Part shown: positions 62,435 to 64,000 of the stretch, one piece after another | Numbering within the stretch: the first letter of the stretch is position 1 | How the letters are laid out: each line of letters opens with the position of its first letter | Source: Candidatus Kapaibacterium sp. | Lineage (GTDB): Bacteria > Bacteroidota > Ignavibacteria > Palsa-1295 | Assembly (NCBI GenBank): GCA_038210275.1 | Contig: JBBQWV010000014.1 | Coordinates: forward strand, 5,930-69,929 | DNA: 64,000 bases | Reading direction: 5' to 3' | Program-made: the position numbers and the translations under genes | Notes under the pieces: generated by a model | Told to the model about the DNA's origin: nothing | Seen by the model: only the letters and a program-made list of their open reading frames with translations | Database searches by the model: none

Positions 62435-63445
62435 ATGAGCTACCAAAACGAGATTGTCATTTCCAGCGAATCCCGTACCAGGAGAACTCGCATGACTGAG
62501 CAGATGAGAAATCTTGTCCGCGAGACTTTTTTACATTCATCGAATTTTATACTTCCGCTTTTCGTCTCCGATACTGCGGCGAACTTCAGGAATGAAATTT
62601 CTTCGATGCCAGGAGTCTATCAACTTGGTATTGATCATATTTTACGCGAAAGTGAACGAGCACTTGAAGCAAAGCTCGGCGGCATAATTCTTTTTGGTAT
62701 TACTGAAGATAAAGATGAAACTGGTTCTTCGGCACACTCAGAGAATGGAATCATCCAGCAATCTGTCCGCGAAATAAAAAAACGTTTTCCGGAATTGCTC
62801 GTTGCTACCGATGTCTGTCTTTGTGAATACACCTCGCACGGACATTGCGGAATTGTCCGTGAAGGAGCCGGCGGAGAATTCGAGATCATGAACGACGAGA
62901 CCGTTGAGCAACTTGTCTTGGAGGCTCTCTCCCATGCCGAAGCAGGCAGTGATCTTATTTCACCAAGTGATATGATGGATGGGCGTATCGGCGCGATCCG
63001 CGAAGCGCTTGATGAAAATGGATTTGTGAATCTTCCTATCATGAGTTACGCCGCAAAATATGCTTCAGGATTTTATGGTCCTTTCCGTGAAGCCGCCGGA
63101 AGTACTCCAGCTTTCGGTGACCGCCGTTCTCATCAGATGGATCCAGCGAACAGCGATGAGGCGATGCGAGTTATCGAGCGCGACTTGATTGAAGGTGCGG
63201 ATATTATTATGGTCAAGCCCGCAATGAGCTATCTTGATATTATCCGCCGAGCCAAAGATGAATTCACTGTTCCTATCGCAGCATATCAAGTCAGCGGTGA
63301 GTATTCGATGATAAAAGCCGCAGCTGCCAATGGATGGATCGATGAAGAAAGAGTGATGATGGAATCGCTTATCTCAATTAAACGCGCAGGTGCTTCGATC
63401 ATTCTTACTTATTTCGCATTAGAAGCAGCAAAACGTTTGACTTAA
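62435..63445 (+). CDS. hemB: Porphobilinogen synthase (delta-aminolevulinic acid dehydratase)
   Basis: It has the zinc-site DVCLCEYTSHGHCG and the active-site Lys regions. I trimmed the start to MSYQNEIV...RTRRTRMTE to avoid overlap with the upstream gene. Confidence 0.93.
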   Translation: MSYQNEIVISSESRTRRTRMTEQMRNLVRETFLHSSNFILPLFVSDTAANFRNEISSMPGVYQLGIDHILRESERALEAKLGGIILFGITEDKDETGSSAHSENGIIQQSVREIKKRFPELLVATDVCLCEYTSHGHCGIVREGAGGEFEIMNDETVEQLVLEALSHAEAGSDLISPSDMMDGRIGAIREALDENGFVNLPIMSYAAKYASGFYGPFREAAGSTPAFGDRRSHQMDPANSDEAMRVIERDLIEGADIIMVKPAMSYLDIIRRAKDEFTVPIAAYQVSGEYSMIKAAAANGWIDEERVMMESLISIKRAGASIILTYFALEAAKRLT

Positions 63446-63582
63446 AAAATAAGAAGGTTTATTCTTGCCTCCAAGTTATTCACAGAATTTTGCAAAAAAA
63501 CTGCGCAATGTTTTTTAGATAATGTTGATAAAATATACTATATATTTTTATCAAATCTAAAAAATATGTTGTTGTATTTTTC

Positions 63583-64000
63583 ATGCCGAGGGCAATAAAG
63601 AAGAAAACTGTAGCTCATAAGAAGCCGGCGATAGCAAAAAAAACCGGTATCACAAAAAGATTGGTAGTAGGTAAAAAACCACTACACAAATCCCCACCTC
63701 CTGCTCCGAAAAAAATTAAGAAGCGAAAAACAATTTTATCAACACTACTTGGCGTCGTACTTCTTAGCGGCGCAGGATTTGGAATAAATCAAGTAACTTA
63801 TTATGATCGGCATGTTGATACGGATGATGCACATATTGATGCAGATATAAGTCCTGTGATCGCGCGAATTGGCGGCTATATAGATTCAGTTCGTTTCGTT
63901 GATAATCAGCGCGTGACAAAAGGCGATACGCTTGTCATTCTCGACGGAAGAGATTTCCTTGTAAAGCTTGAACAAGCCGAAGCTGGTTTTGCAACTTCAG
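63583..64000 (+). CDS. HlyD/EmrA-family membrane fusion protein (efflux or secretion adaptor), 3'-truncated by window end
   Basis: It has a Lys-rich cytoplasmic N-terminus, a TM helix (ILSTLLGVVLLSGAGFGI), and then DTDDAHIDADISPVIARIGGYIDSVRFVDNQRVTKGDTLVILDGRDF, which is a typical EmrA/HlyD start. Confidence 0.75.
   Translation, partial: MPRAIKKKTVAHKKPAIAKKTGITKRLVVGKKPLHKSPPPAPKKIKKRKTILSTLLGVVLLSGAGFGINQVTYYDRHVDTDDAHIDADISPVIARIGGYIDSVRFVDNQRVTKGDTLVILDGRDFLVKLEQAEAGFATS

Overview
This is a 64-kb chromosomal window that looks like an FCB-group bacterium (Bacteroidota or Ignavibacteriota-like), not a mobile island. The lineage call rests on three things: several cargo proteins with type-IX-secretion C-terminal sorting domains, Bacteroidetes-style TAnnTTTG promoter elements, and an atpBEFHAG operon with no atpDC. 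The window is gene-dense and mostly housekeeping. It holds a uvrB-comF pair, the pcrA/uvrD helicase, a KDO/LPS block (kdsA, an unknown ORF, kdsD, lptC-like), and an envelope glycosylation block (GT2, GT9, MOP/Wzx flippase, GT4, plsC, ZIP transporter). It also holds aldehyde dehydrogenase, acyl-CoA dehydrogenase, thrS-infC-rpmI without rplT, an F1Fo-ATPase operon (atpZ-like, atpI-like, atpB, E, F, H, A, G), yggS-divIVA, hemB, and a 3'-truncated HlyD-like gene at the right edge. Accessory content includes giant and medium T9SS cargo proteins (1503, 752 and 395 aa), BNR/Ycf48-like propeller proteins, three tandem small OM beta-barrel paralogues next to LemA and a 959-aa AsmA-like membrane protein, secreted MsrA, and a Met-rich cytochrome c. 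Beyond the genes I see four things worth following up. (1) Two families of dispersed short palindromic intergenic repeats. The GTCATTGCGAGG...GCAATCTAAAAA family carries compensatory changes in its internal hairpin. The GGACGGACTnnAGTCCGTCC / CTAACGACTAAAGACTG family is concentrated inside the atp operon and sits directly 5' of start codons. (2) A 1.4-kb gene-free island at 19.2-20.6 kb bounded by inverted family-1 units. It contains a textbook TTGACA-N17-TATATT promoter with no ORF behind it, so it could be a larger cargo-carrying member of the MITE-like family or an sRNA locus. (3) Two non-ATPase genes sit inside the atp operon. (4) An uncharacterised ORF is translationally coupled between kdsA and kdsD. 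I found no CRISPR array, tRNA, rRNA, integrase, transposase or recognisable defence genes.
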